64,000 bases of DNA from a virus, in IMG/VR virus record IMGVR_UViG_3300012984_000568, positions 20,373 through 84,372 of that record; one strand, written 5' to 3'. How positions within the stretch are numbered: the stretch's first letter is position 1; every line of letters begins with the position of its first letter. Both the position numbers and the translations under genes were made by a program. Of this stretch, positions 1 to 10,964 are shown piece after piece. A model generated the notes under the pieces. The model worked only from the letters and a program-made list of their open reading frames with translations, did no database searches and was not told the DNA's origin.

Positions 1-2
1 GC

Positions 3-470
3 CGGCTCATTGCCGCGATCGTGAGCGCCATCGAGAAGGACAAGGCCTGGGGTGGCGTCGAGCTCGGCGTGCTGCAAGGGCTTGCGCTCTGCGCGCGCAC
101 CTCGGTGTGGAGCGAGTACGAGCGCAAGGCCATCAAGCGCCGCGGCTGGGACCAGACACCGGAGGTGGACGGCAAGCGTCAGAAACCCGTCGACGACATC
201 TTCGAGAACCGCGTGCTCACATCGTCCAAGAGCGTGATCGCGGGGCTCATTGTCGAGCTGCTGATCGGCCGTGAGGTGCCGGGCAAGAACCGAGAAGAGG
301 CTGACACCGGCGTATCGCTGATTTGCGCGGCGCTTGGGCTCAGCTTCGAAAAGGAGCTCGAAACGGTACAGAAGGAGCGCGCCTCCAAGTCTGGCGCCAA
401 GGCTGGCAAGAAATCCACAATGGCTACGCCGCCGAAGTCGAAGGTCAAAAACAAGGGGCGGAAGAGGTGA
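3..470 (+). CDS. 5'-truncated phage protein with a Lys-rich C-terminal tail
   Basis: Frame is open from base 3 to the TGA at 468-470; ends in a K-rich tail; start lies outside the window. Confidence 0.6.
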   Translation, partial: RLIAAIVSAIEKDKAWGGVELGVLQGLALCARTSVWSEYERKAIKRRGWDQTPEVDGKRQKPVDDIFENRVLTSSKSVIAGLIVELLIGREVPGKNREEADTGVSLICAALGLSFEKELETVQKERASKSGAKAGKKSTMATPPKSKVKNKGRKR

Positions 471-995
471 GGCGGGGAGACCAACCCAAGCATCCAACGC
501 TCACACCGTTGCGGGCGCTCGATCTGCTCCTGGTGGTGATCGAGAAAGCCGGGCAGACCCGCGGCTCCGGACACAACACGTCGAGCGCCACTGACAGAAC
601 GATCCGAGAACTCACCGATCACGTGAAAGCCGCGCTTGTGCGCGGGAGGAAACGTCGATGACCACCAAACCAGACTCCCCGCACTCACCAAGTCGTGCGC
701 CCAGAAACGTGAACGAAGCTCTAACCCCGGATTCGCCGGGAGTGGGGCTGACCAAAAGTCCTGATGGGGGCGGCGAGGCTCTCAACCAAACCGCTAGCGC
801 CGTAGCCTACGCCGCCCTGTCTGCAATCGAAGCGGGGAGGGACCGAGTGGAGCTGGTGAATGCGATCCCTGATGAGCGCCTCGATTCGATTGCGTCTTCG
901 GCGCGCAAGTGTCTACCCGACAGCATTGGCGTTGCGATACCCGCGGCGGACTTGCTGCTGATGATCGCCGAAATTCGGCAAGGAAGGACCACGCG

Positions 996-1547
996 ATGAG
1001 CACCGAACCCCATACCAAGCAACCAATCCAACCCGGCGCCTGGCTCAAGTGCATCGACGCCTACAACACCGACAACGCCCTGATCGTTGGCAGCCAATAC
1101 CTCGTCACCGCAATGCACGACGCGACGAACGTTGTGCTTCTAGGCGTTGACTCTCTGCCGTTCTGGCATGTGTCACGCTTCGTGGTTGGCGAGTGCACAG
1201 CGGCAAGCTCTACCCCTGGGAGTGGGGAAGCTCGCTCCGAATCCGATTGTCGGCGCTGCGGCGAGGTCCCGTGTGTCTGCGACAACCCTCAGCGGCCGGC
1301 GGCCCCGTTCTGCTCGACGCCCGCATGCTCAGTTCGCGGCGTAGTGGCTACATGTGACAATCTCTGCACCTACTGCGCTCATCGCCTCGGCGATGTCGGC
1401 TGGGACCCTGGGCCTTTTCACGCGAGCGCGGAGAACGTCGCTGCTCGCGCTCGCCTTGCCGCTTGGAGCAAGCCAGTCCGCCCATTGGCATCGCCGAAAG
1501 CACTAGGCGAACTGGCCAAGCCACACCCGTGGGTCTGCGATGAATAG
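996..1547 (+). CDS. Cys-rich hypothetical phage protein
   Basis: ATG at 996 overlaps the upstream stop; several CxxC motifs. Confidence 0.55.
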   Translation: MSTEPHTKQPIQPGAWLKCIDAYNTDNALIVGSQYLVTAMHDATNVVLLGVDSLPFWHVSRFVVGECTAASSTPGSGEARSESDCRRCGEVPCVCDNPQRPAAPFCSTPACSVRGVVATCDNLCTYCAHRLGDVGWDPGPFHASAENVAARARLAAWSKPVRPLASPKALGELAKPHPWVCDE

Positions 1548-1626
1548 CGAATCACGAGTCGTAGAGGTCCCGCTGACCCGGGGCAAGATCGCGATCATCG
1601 ACGCTCGTCGGCTGCCGCGCTGTTGA
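1540..1626 (+). pseudogene. Remnant of the N-terminus of an HNH/AP2-type phage endonuclease
   Basis: Translates MNSESRVVEVPLTRGKIAIIDA.., resembling the xPLTxGKxAxxD start of HNH-AP2 proteins, then stops after 28 aa. Confidence 0.45.
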
Positions 1627-1696
1627 ATTGGCATCGTGCCCTGTCCGGTGTCGACATGCGCATGCGACCAGGAACCGAACAACTCACGGAGACCAC

Positions 1697-1951
1697 ATGA
1701 AAGAGATCATCGAGCCCGTTGCCGCCGCTGTGCACAACTCTTGGATGGCTGAGAAGCGCATGCAGGGAGTGGACGACAAGCGCTCCGAAACAGGCGAAAA
1801 CCTGCTTGTCCCGTATGACCAGCTGAGCGAGGACGCCAAGGACCTGGACCGAGTGCTGGTCCGCTCAGTGATCGGCGCGCTGCTCGGTCTCGGCTACACG
1901 CTTCAGCGACCAACGTCGCCGAGCGCTCCCGTAGCGGCGGTGGTCAGATGA
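1697..1951 (+). CDS. RyR-repeat domain protein
   Basis: Pattern AAAVHNSW..K...G....LVPYDQLSEDAKDLDR; GGAG RBS before ATG 1697. Confidence 0.7.
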   Translation: MKEIIEPVAAAVHNSWMAEKRMQGVDDKRSETGENLLVPYDQLSEDAKDLDRVLVRSVIGALLGLGYTLQRPTSPSAPVAAVVR

Positions 1952-2478
1952 TTACGCGAGACCCTATCAGCTACCCCGGTGGTCTCTCAGGTCACTACGG
2001 AAGCCCGATGCCGCCGGTGTTCGCCGAAGCGCTGGAACGCTGCGGCATCAAGGTTCTCAGCGGAACGCCCATTGTCGGACAGCTCGGCGCGTTCACGTTC
2101 CGTTTTCACAACTACTACTGGATCGTTGATGGCCCGATGCCGCTCGACGTGGCGCTGAAGCTGTACGCCGATCCGGTTGGGAAGACCGACATCCGGAGCG
2201 GCGGGCACTGCGGGTGTCCGAGTCCTGAAGAATATGGCGCCGATTACTTCGACGCGGATGGGAAACAGCTCTGCAGTGATCCAGACGGGAAGGAAGCCGC
2301 TTCGCTTGCCGGGTTCATCGAGCGCGGTACGCTCCCGCCTGACGCGGCAGATGACTACCGTTTCGTCCCAGACAAGCGCGTCGGCTACGCCCGCGCTGAG
2401 GTGCGTTGCTACCACGTCGACAGCGAACTCGGGCTCTACATCTTGGCGAATGCGATTCGCGGATTGGGGGCGCCATGA
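1948..2478 (+). CDS. Hypothetical phage protein
   Basis: 176 aa ORF coupled by ATGA on both sides. Confidence 0.65.
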   Translation: MITRDPISYPGGLSGHYGSPMPPVFAEALERCGIKVLSGTPIVGQLGAFTFRFHNYYWIVDGPMPLDVALKLYADPVGKTDIRSGGHCGCPSPEEYGADYFDADGKQLCSDPDGKEAASLAGFIERGTLPPDAADDYRFVPDKRVGYARAEVRCYHVDSELGLYILANAIRGLGAP

Positions 2479-2676
2479 ACCTTGCCGCCGAACGCGCCCG
2501 TCTCCTCCGCGAATACGTCAGCGAGGGAATCAAAGACGCCGCTGCAGCTGAGTTCGCGGGCTACCCTCCTTGGGACAACGAAGGGAGGCCGCTCAGAAGT
2601 GGGATTCCGTGTTTGGCTCGGTACAACTCGTGGAACCGCGAGTACTCGGCACTCGTACAACGAATGAGGGAATCGA

Positions 2677-3093
2677 ATGGTTGACCGTTGCTTGTTTTTC
2701 GGGTGCTGGAACGGGCCGGGGCATCAACTTGTCGGGCCAGGCCGTCGCTGTACCGGATTGCCAAACGCAGAGGCCGATCGGCTTGAGTGCGCGCTCGACT
2801 CAAAGTTTGCTCCACAGCGCGATCGAGGCGGCCCGATCACTTTCGGAGAGCGCTGGCTTGACGAGTGCCCCCAAGGCCAGTTCCTCCGTCACCAGCTGCT
2901 CGGCTACACCTTGATCCAGTGGTGGGACCGCTGCCAGGGCGACAAGCGCGGGGCGTGCAACAGCACCGTCTTGCTCGAAGGTGAGCACACGACAGAGGAG
3001 ATGCTCGCCGCTCTGGCGCTCCACTTCCAGCATGTGCTCGAGAATCTGAAGCGTGCCGGCGTGGAGCTGGTGGAGGTGTTTGTGAATGGCTGA
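2677..3093 (+). CDS. Hypothetical phage protein
   Basis: 138 aa ORF, GAGGG RBS, globular composition. Confidence 0.65.
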   Translation: MVDRCLFFGCWNGPGHQLVGPGRRCTGLPNAEADRLECALDSKFAPQRDRGGPITFGERWLDECPQGQFLRHQLLGYTLIQWWDRCQGDKRGACNSTVLLEGEHTTEEMLAALALHFQHVLENLKRAGVELVEVFVNG

Positions 3094-3511
3094 GCCCACC
3101 GAAGAAGAGCGCGCGGAGCTCCGGAAACTAGCCGTGGCGGCAACGCCTGGCCCTTGGTCTCAGGGTCCCGGCTCGGAATCTCGCTCCTTCGTCTACAACA
3201 CAACCGGAATGCGTCGACAGGTGGCGCGCACGCTGAAGCTTGGCGACAACCACGACGCTCGCTTCATCGCCGCAGCCAACCCAGCAGTCGTGCTCTCCCT
3301 GCTCGACGCTCTCGACTCCAGGGATAGGGCGTTGGCCGAAATCAAGGCCGCGCTGCGCCGCTTCGTCCCATCGAAGCTCGACTCCACTCGGTGTCGCAAC
3401 TGCGAGGAGCCCCGTCACGAGCACTACTCGGGCCCATTTGCCGAACCAGACACGCTGTATTGCTCCAAGTACTTCGTGCCCATGAGGCCTACGGAGGGGC
3501 AATCCCGATGA
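3086..3511 (+). CDS. Ead/Ea22-like protein
   Basis: LRKLAVAATPGPW...DARFIAAANPAVVLSLLD signature. Confidence 0.75.
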   Translation: MAEPTEEERAELRKLAVAATPGPWSQGPGSESRSFVYNTTGMRRQVARTLKLGDNHDARFIAAANPAVVLSLLDALDSRDRALAEIKAALRRFVPSKLDSTRCRNCEEPRHEHYSGPFAEPDTLYCSKYFVPMRPTEGQSR

Positions 3512-4965
3512 ACATCGACAACATCGCCACGTGGACGCAGATCGCCTACCGCGCACCGGATAAGCGCCCATCACGCAAGCATAAGAAACGGCGCGCCCGC
3601 AACCTTCGACGCTGCCGAGTCGCGCTCGTTCGCTTCGCTGGCCACCACTTCACGGTGACAAGTGATCCCGCGAAGGTCAAGGCACACATCCAGCGGTTCG
3701 TCGACCAGTGGATGTTTTCGAAACCAATCAGGGTCCCGACGTCGCTGCGCGGACTTCTCGGAAAAACCGTGGGCACCGCTTGGTCGACCTGGAAGATGAC
3801 GCTCGACATGCAGGAGTTGATCGCCCAGGCAACGGCCATGGCGAATCAGATGAAGGCGAGTAACCCAGATGAGTAGTATTACTGACCAAGTCCGTTGCAT
3901 GGCCTGCGTAACCGAGAGCCTCGGCCCGCCGTTTCCAACGCCGCAACCGCAGCATGTCGATAGGTGCCCGTACGCGCCGACTACCCCAGCATCACCCGAG
4001 CCAGTGGAGCGATGTCCTGATTGCGACAGGCCGCTGTCTGGCGGCGATACCGGGACACTCGCGACGCATTGCTTCGCCAATCGTCAGGGTGATTGGCTCG
4101 GCGAGCGCCTCTGTCGCGACAACACCATCGCCCGCCTGCGCTCAGAGCTCGCCAGTGTACAGGCACTGAATGCGGCCGAGAAGAACGTGCTGTTTTCAGC
4201 CGAGCAGCTGCACAAGAAGCTCGTGAGCGAGTCGATTGACGACGAAGACACCGGGGTCGAGCTCGAGCTCGTGAACAGCGCGGTTCGCGTGCTCTTGGAC
4301 CTTCGAAAGGAAACGCCCAATGTTCCATTGTAGCATCAGCATCCTCACCCGAGACCTCCACCAAGTAGAGCGCGACATCATCACCGTCACCCAAGCTCGA
4401 ATGCGGGCGCCGACCCTGGCCAACCTGATATGCCTGGAAGAGTTGTTTGCGCGACGGGAGCGGGCGGTTCGTGATGTGGAGAGTCAGGTGCGTTGTGGTG
4501 CTTGAGACCGCCGAGGAATTCGAAAAGCGCGCGTCCGCCGGAGCGCCGACGCATGCGGAAGCCGTGGCGCTCATCAAGGAGCGAGATGCCGCCGTAGCTC
4601 GGGCTGCGAGGCTGGAGCTGCTGGATGAGCTAACCGAGCGAGGTTGCGAGTTGATGCGCGAAGCAGCAAACAACCCAGCGCTCGACCACGACACGGTGAT
4701 GTCGCGCATTGCCGGCGTGTTCGCGCAAGCGATTCGCGAGGCAAAGTCCAAATACGGAGCAGCAAAGGAGCCCGGGTGATGCGAAACCACAAGGTCGTTT
4801 TCAGGCTCTACGGCATCCGACGCCCGCTCAAGTGGCGCCGGCGCATGGCGCGCCAGAACCGCCGACTCGCTGACCAGCTTGGAAAGAAGTGGCGCGCGTG
4901 CCGCGGATCCCACTCTCGCTGGTGGGAGCAGGGGTTGATTGAATCGATGTTCGAAGGAGTTCGCT

Positions 4966-6138
4966 TTGACTGACCAATCTCGCCTCCAACGCGCCCTCCT
5001 GCTTGCCGACCTAGTTCCTGGAAAACCGAGTGACCCGGCGTCGCCTGGCTGGGGCGGAGTCGAAGCTGACCAGCTCACGGAAGCGCTGCTAGCCCACCGT
5101 GACCCTCAGGTGCGCATCGCGATAGCTGTCTCGAATCTGCTGCTCAAGGAGGCGAGCCGCGGCGCATTGCAGTCCTTCGACGAGCGAGAGGAGCAGGTGC
5201 ACCCGATTGCGAGGGCTCACCAGCCGTTACTCGACGGGCTGCGTGAGGCTCAATCCGAAGCCGAGGCAAACCCGAAGCTTCAGGAAAGAGTCGACGCGCA
5301 CCCGAGTGGATTCGTTCACCCAGCGCCAGCATCGCCACCCACAAAAGAACAAGAGCCGCCCGAAGACGACTCCCGCTCTGACCCTCGGCAGAAGAATCGC
5401 CAGAGAGCCGCCGTCCAAACTGACAAGGCCGGACAGGGAATGCATACCATGCCGCACGCTGAAAGTTACCTGGCCCCAGGTCTGCAATTCAAAACGCTAC
5501 GCGAGGAGCGCGACACCCTCCGCGCCAGAGTGGAGGAGCTGGAGGCGCGGCTCGGCGTGCTACCAGGCAACCCCGTCGAGGACGCAACGACTCGCCAGCA
5601 GCTGCAGCGAGGGCTCGACGACGTGGCCGGCGCGCTGGGCCGCCCGGCGCTTCTTGTAAGCGAGCACGGTCCGGCGGTGAAGGCCCGCATCCAGCAGCTC
5701 GAAGGCGAGCTAGCCACCCTGGGCTCAGCGTGCGACAAGATGCGCGTTCAGCACTCCGAGACATGCCGCGGCTTGGATGACGAAGCGAGCGAGCTGCGCA
5801 CCGAGGTCAACCGCATCAACGCCGAGCTAACCGAGCTGAAGCGCCAGCAGCCCTACATGGACGAAGAGCAGCGCGAGCTAGGGAGGCGTGAGCGGGATGG
5901 CGAGGTAGCGGAGCTGGTCAAGAAGCTGGAGGGCTGGGATGTAGTCGGCGACGCGCTTCGGGAGAGAGAGGCTGTTGTCGAAGCCGCGCGCCGAACGGCT
6001 GACGTGTGGGAGCGGATGTTTCGTGAGTCGCATTCCAGATTGAGTCGCGCCCGCACCCTGATGATGGTCGGCACTCGTGACGAGATTTCGAAGTTCGCGG
6101 AAAACCTAGACCACGAACCAAGCGAGACGAAGACATGA
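4966..6138 (+). CDS. Coiled-coil hypothetical protein
   Basis: TTG start after GAAGGAG; long E/R/L heptad-rich C-terminal half. Confidence 0.65.
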   Translation: MTDQSRLQRALLLADLVPGKPSDPASPGWGGVEADQLTEALLAHRDPQVRIAIAVSNLLLKEASRGALQSFDEREEQVHPIARAHQPLLDGLREAQSEAEANPKLQERVDAHPSGFVHPAPASPPTKEQEPPEDDSRSDPRQKNRQRAAVQTDKAGQGMHTMPHAESYLAPGLQFKTLREERDTLRARVEELEARLGVLPGNPVEDATTRQQLQRGLDDVAGALGRPALLVSEHGPAVKARIQQLEGELATLGSACDKMRVQHSETCRGLDDEASELRTEVNRINAELTELKRQQPYMDEEQRELGRRERDGEVAELVKKLEGWDVVGDALREREAVVEAARRTADVWERMFRESHSRLSRARTLMMVGTRDEISKFAENLDHEPSETKT

Positions 6139-6315
6139 GCAAGCGGGCGCCGAAGCGAATTTACCTCGAGATTTGGCCAGAGGGCACAAGTCGCGAAGAC
6201 CAGGTGCACTGCGAGCCTACTGGATACGGCGTCGACATGCGTACCGGGGCGACAAGTCGCATTGTCGCCTACGAGCGCGTGGCTCGACAGATGGCTACTG
6301 AACGAAAGGCGAAGC

Positions 6316-7341
6316 GTGGCACACGAAAACGATGACTACGACTTTCGGAGAGCTGCCCAACGAATGGCGCTCGATCCGACCGACGAGAACATGGGGGTGA
6401 CACTATCGGAAGACTTCTTGAACGAAGTTGCGCCGAAGGCCACACCCAACGACCTCCAATCCAAACTCGAAGACTCCAGCAACGTCATCACGCTTCACCA
6501 GCCGCTGAAGCCAGCACCTTGCCCGTTCTGTGGATGCGACGAGTGGGAATTCAATGGCGGCGACTCGGATGTCGTCGTCCAGTGTTGCGCTTGCTTGGCG
6601 GAGGGGCCGGTTGCGACCGTCGGGTGCCGCGGCGAGGATGAACTCGAAGGCGTTGACCTGGAATCGGAAGCGACGGAGCTCTGGAATAAGCGGCCCACTC
6701 AACAGCTCGCTGAGCTATGCGGAGACGCGAGTGGCTCGCTGCTTCTTGATGTCCAGCAGGATTGCATTGCGGCGAACAAACGATGCGCAGACCTAGAATC
6801 CAAGCTCGAAGCCCTCACCAACGCCGCCGCTGGCGCCCTCGGCTTCCTCCCTAGGAATGACCCTGGGGCTAGGATGGCGGCGGATAGGATTGAGAGGGTG
6901 CTGGGGGAGATTGGGGTGGCGTTACCGGCTCCAGCGCGTCCAATCGTTGTCGGTTCGAAGTGGCGCGACTCGGCGACCGAGAGCGAATTCACAGTGAAGA
7001 GAGTGGCGCGCGGAAAGGTGACGTACCTGACGCCAAAGGATGAATGCTGGGCGTTCCCAGAATACACGTGGGCTGAGGCGGTGTTCCGCAACAGCTTCGT
7101 TTGGGTCAGCGACCCCGAGCCAGCCAGCGAGCCTCGCGCGGTCGTCGTAAACAGCATCTGGCGCGGCAATGCCGGGCGCCGTTGTACGGTGCTCAAAATA
7201 TATCCAGGGGAAGACAGGTGCGTAAGCGCGGCATGGGAGGACGACCCAATCCCGATGCTTCTGTTTTCGAAGCATGCCTTCGTTGAGTTCTTTACCTGGA
7301 TCAGTGACCCTCCCGCCACCAGTGAGGGTGGGGAGCCGTGA
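6316..7341 (+). CDS. Lar-family zinc-ribbon protein with two C-terminal repeats
   Basis: LKPAPCPFCG...VQCCACLAEGP...WNKR Lar-like motif; two ~65 aa repeats (VVxSxWR..TV..F.W.SDP). Confidence 0.65.
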   Translation: MAHENDDYDFRRAAQRMALDPTDENMGVTLSEDFLNEVAPKATPNDLQSKLEDSSNVITLHQPLKPAPCPFCGCDEWEFNGGDSDVVVQCCACLAEGPVATVGCRGEDELEGVDLESEATELWNKRPTQQLAELCGDASGSLLLDVQQDCIAANKRCADLESKLEALTNAAAGALGFLPRNDPGARMAADRIERVLGEIGVALPAPARPIVVGSKWRDSATESEFTVKRVARGKVTYLTPKDECWAFPEYTWAEAVFRNSFVWVSDPEPASEPRAVVVNSIWRGNAGRRCTVLKIYPGEDRCVSAAWEDDPIPMLLFSKHAFVEFFTWISDPPATSEGGEP

Positions 7342-7485
7342 GGGCCTACACCCGAATGCGAATCAGGCAAGCCTGGGATACCGGGCCAGCAATTTTCGGA
7401 CGCTACCTAGCGACGTCAGTGGTAATTGGCTATGCAACGTGGCGCTTTACGATCTGGTTCTTTGGCCGGTGGTAGAGTCGAAGCC

Positions 7486-7833
7486 ATGAGCGAGCCAACC
7501 GAACCAAAGTGGATGGTCATCGCCAACGTGAAGCGCGAGACTACTCATGGCACCGGTCGCGCCGACGTCGAATCTGGCCTGAAGCACTTCTCGCCCGGAA
7601 CCAAGGTGTACGTCACGCGGACGATGCACGACCGTGCGCATGTTCTCGGGCGTCATCGTGGCGGCTCGCGCTTGGTGAGCATGGTGGTGGAGCTCCGACA
7701 TCTGGAGAACTTTCGCGCGAAGCTCGTCTATGACCCGGGTGTGCTCGGTAATTGGGACGCTGCTCCGCTGAGCGAGTCCGATGCTCAGGACTATCTGGCG
7801 CGCGCGATCGCTGGATCGAGGTGGGGACAGTGA
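7486..7833 (+). CDS. Hypothetical phage protein
   Basis: Coupled ORF with GLKHFSPGTKVY..VLGRHRG motif. Confidence 0.6.
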   Translation: MSEPTEPKWMVIANVKRETTHGTGRADVESGLKHFSPGTKVYVTRTMHDRAHVLGRHRGGSRLVSMVVELRHLENFRAKLVYDPGVLGNWDAAPLSESDAQDYLARAIAGSRWGQ

Positions 7834-9226
7834 CTGACTCCGATCGTCCCATTCTCCAACCGTACGATCTCGTGCGCGCCACGTTCGCGCCGAAGCGCAT
7901 CGACGACCTGAAGCCCGAAGCGGCATGGTGGGTAGGAAAAACCGCGAGCTGGCGCGTTGCGTGGCTCATAACGCCTGAGGATGGCGGCCCATACGTGGGT
8001 CAATGGGCGATGACGCTCAGTCGCGAATCGGACGCCGAGACCGGGCCGCACAACGCAGTTGGGTGGGTTCCGTCGGGTGACTTGGAGGATGTCGAGCTGT
8101 TGCGGAGAATAGTCGATGGCTGACCCCGACCGCCCCATGGTTTCGCCCCCGCTCCCAGCTGGAGGCAAGCCCTGTCCCGACTGCGAGAGACCTTGGAGCG
8201 GTTCCGGCGTGCGCCACTGCCAGCGCGCGGCGCCGGGGAGCAAGTGCGTGGTCGAGGGATGCAATAGCCGGCCGCTCACCGAATGCATTGGTGCGGACGG
8301 GCAGCGGCTTGCGGTGATTTGCGCGAAGGGCGGCGCGCACCGGTGGAGAAAGCCAGCGTGACAACAACGGAAGAGACAGCGCTGGAAGTTCTGAAGCTCC
8401 GTCGAGAATTGGAGGACCAGCAGCGCTCCTTTTCGGCTCAGAGCCAGCTGCTCTGCTCGGTCGTAGAGGCAGCCCGGTCGGTCGAGGCGTTATTCTCGAC
8501 CAACCACTGCGAAGAGTTAGAGAGCCTACGCGCAGAGCTTCACGCGCTAGATACAGCTCCCAGCCAGTGGGAGCCCGAGCCCCAGCATGGCTGGCGCCCA
8601 CCGGAGGATGGCTAGGAGCATGAGCGAACAGACCCACTATCGAAAGCTCGTGCAGGCCAAGGACGTGCCCGACCTGCCGCTGCTCTACGCGATCAAGCGC
8701 TGCGAGCCGCATTGGGCGCTCATCTGGGATTTGGCGGAGCTCCCAGAAATGGCCACGTTCCCGTTCAAAGTGGTGCGCGCCAAGCTTCAGCAGATGATCA
8801 ACAGCGGGCTCATCTCGGGCTGCTGCTGCGGATGCCGCGGCGGGTTCGAACTCAAGCCTGCAGGCGTCGAGCGACTAGGAGCGAACTAATGCTAACGATC
8901 ACGTCCTACCCATGGGCAAACATTCGCGTCACTGGCGAGCCGTCGCTGGATGTCATGTCGCGGCCGGCTCGTTCACCGTTGCCAGCCGGCCCAGCACCGA
9001 CGGAGGTGCTCTTCTCGCTGTACTACTCCGGCTCTGACAAGAGCGTGCTGGCGCTGATTCAGGACGCCATTGGGTCAACCGCAGACTCGCCGAGCCCGCG
9101 CACGCCAACCATCGAGGAATGCACCTCGCTACTCGAGCGGTTGCACGCGCTACATCCAGAGGCAACGTTCCGCGCGATTGGGCCTGGTTACAAGCTCGCG
9201 ATTAATCGCACGGGCTGGCTTGACGC

Positions 9227-9481
9227 CTAGCCGCGCGTCTCGACCATTCCAACGCCGCGATCATCAAACGGCGCTCTGCAGCACGCGACGACGTGCATCA
9301 TCGACGGCGATGTGTGGCAAGAGCATGTGCACCGCTCATGAGCCGGAGCAGGGACGTCCGGCAGCTGCTCGACCGATGCCTTGATTCCGCAATCCGCTAG
9401 CACGGACGCGAAAGCGTTCACCAGTTCGGGAGGCACACCGGAACCATGCGCGATCGTCGCTCCCTTTGATTGCTCGCTCAT
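9227..9481 (-). CDS. Small Cys/His-rich hypothetical protein
   Basis: 84 aa ORF, CTCSCH..HVVACC; shares the CTAG stop palindrome at 9227-9230 with the convergent + gene. Confidence 0.5.
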   Translation of the reverse strand: MSEQSKGATIAHGSGVPPELVNAFASVLADCGIKASVEQLPDVPAPAHERCTCSCHTSPSMMHVVACCRAPFDDRGVGMVETRG

Positions 9482-9507
9482 GAGCGTAATGATGCCACAA
9501 ACGAGCT

Positions 9508-9541
9508 AACGCCCGCCAACCTTTGCGGCTGACGGGCGTTT
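9508..9541. terminator. Hairpin terminator at the end of the late operon
   Basis: AACGCCCG-N17-CGGGCGTT inverted repeat downstream of the last lysis-region gene. Confidence 0.5.
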
Positions 9542-9567
9542 CGGGTGGAGCTCGAAATGGCTCGGGG

Positions 9568-9828
9568 CTAAGTTTTGCTTCCGCGCGCGGCGTACTGTCT
9601 TGCGAGTCTCAGCACGTAGTCCCGGTCTGCCTGTTGGTCTATCGCGCGGAACGACTGACAGAGCTGATCGAGCTCGAGTTCCAGCCGCGTCGTCGCCGCG
9701 TCCGGCTTGGTTGGCTCATCATCAGGGATGCTCTCGAGTGGCGGTCGCTCCCCGTCGAGCAGCTGCGCCAGGGTGACGGTCTGAGAGACCTGGCGCCGGC
9801 GAGGTGGCAGCGGCGGCGGCTTGTTCAC
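9568..9828 (-). CDS. Hypothetical protein
   Basis: 86 aa ORF with GTGA overlap to the upstream gene. Confidence 0.55.
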   Translation of the reverse strand: MNKPPPLPPRRRQVSQTVTLAQLLDGERPPLESIPDDEPTKPDAATTRLELELDQLCQSFRAIDQQADRDYVLRLARQYAARGSKT

Positions 9829-10511
9829 GGCAGCGGGGGCGGGGGCGTTTTCACCTCGAGGATGATGCCGCCAGTGACGCGAGCCTTAGCGCGCGGCGCC
9901 GAGAACTCGACCGTTGTGCTCGGCAAGGCGTTGGGCTGCTTTGGAATGGCGACGCCGAACCGCGCCCAGATTTGGCGGTTGTAGTCGTCATAGTCGCGCG
10001 CCCACGCACGGCACTTGGTGGCGCCCAGCGCGGCAGCATCCACGGCTTCGGGGAGGGGCTTGGTGACCGTCTCTTGCGCCTGCACCTTGGCTTCGGTGTT
10101 GTCCTGCTTCTGGCGAATTTGACCGGCGTAGAGCTCGGCGAGCACGGTCACGGCGCCGAGAAACGCGGTCACCGCGGCGAGGAACTTGAAGACCGCGCTC
10201 TTCCACTGTCCGCGGCTTGGTGGTCGCTCGCTCGACGTTCCGCGCGCGCGGAGTTCGGCGAGCTCGTCCCGCTGCGCCGGAGGCCCCATGCCGACCAGGG
10301 TTGGCTCGTGCTCCGCCGGCTCGAGCAGCGGCTGGCTCCCCACACGCGTGCGCGGCATCGCGAGCGCGCGTGGCGGATCCATCCGCATCGCCGGCGGCGG
10401 CTCTGTGGGGGCTGCGTGCGCGTCCGGGATTGGGGTGTGCGGCGCGTTTGAGACGTTGGGCTCTGCCACGGAGCGCGGCAAGCCGTCGGGGCGTGGCGGA
10501 GGGCGAGGCAT
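9825..10511 (-). CDS. Single-TM membrane protein of the lysis region (possibly spanin-like)
   Basis: Pro-rich N-terminus, TM segment FLAAVTAFLGAVTVLA, then a helical domain; lies downstream of the endolysin. Confidence 0.5.
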   Translation of the reverse strand: MPRPPPRPDGLPRSVAEPNVSNAPHTPIPDAHAAPTEPPPAMRMDPPRALAMPRTRVGSQPLLEPAEHEPTLVGMGPPAQRDELAELRARGTSSERPPSRGQWKSAVFKFLAAVTAFLGAVTVLAELYAGQIRQKQDNTEAKVQAQETVTKPLPEAVDAAALGATKCRAWARDYDDYNRQIWARFGVAIPKQPNALPSTTVEFSAPRAKARVTGGIILEVKTPPPPLP

Positions 10512-10514
10512 TGG

Positions 10515-10964
10515 TCAACGGAAGGTGCGAATTAGGGCGAGCACGGCGATGGCGCCAATGACGAGCAGAGCGACGTACGGCACCCACCGGCGCTCGAGGT
10601 CATACGCTCGTTGTCTTCGGTCGATCGCTTTTACGAGCTCGTTGGTCTCGATCGAGAGCTGCGCCGCCTTTCGGCTGCTCTTTTTGATGATCGTGAGGTC
10701 TTCGCCGCGCTTGCGGTCCGATTCTTCTAGCTTGGTGAGCCGCTCCATCACGCGAATTTCAAAAGGCCTCTCGGCTGGGGTGAGTTCGTCGTGGTCGGTG
10801 TCGCGGATCTCGTGATCGGCTTGCCCCAGGTTCGACAGCGGGCGCAGGCGCGTGACGCCGGCTACCGCTTCAGCGATTTGGAGCTTTGGGCGAGAGTCGA
10901 ACGACTCCATCGGTGTGATCGCGCGATCGGCGTCGTCGAACTTGGGGGGCAACTCGCTTGCCAT
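10515..10964 (-). CDS. Coiled-coil protein with C-terminal TM anchor (lysis region)
   Basis: ATG 10964 overlaps the endolysin stop; ends VPYVALLVIGAIAVLALIRTFR. Confidence 0.6.
   Translation of the reverse strand: MASELPPKFDDADRAITPMESFDSRPKLQIAEAVAGVTRLRPLSNLGQADHEIRDTDHDELTPAERPFEIRVMERLTKLEESDRKRGEDLTIIKKSSRKAAQLSIETNELVKAIDRRQRAYDLERRWVPYVALLVIGAIAVLALIRTFR

Larger units (their letters stand above)
467..9230 (+). other. Cluster of small, translationally coupled early/accessory phage genes
   Basis: Chain of + strand ORFs with ATGA/GTGA-type overlaps (e.g. 658-661, 996-999, 1948-1951, 2475-2478, 3508-3511, 6135-6138, 7830-7833); mostly hypothetical. Confidence 0.75.
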
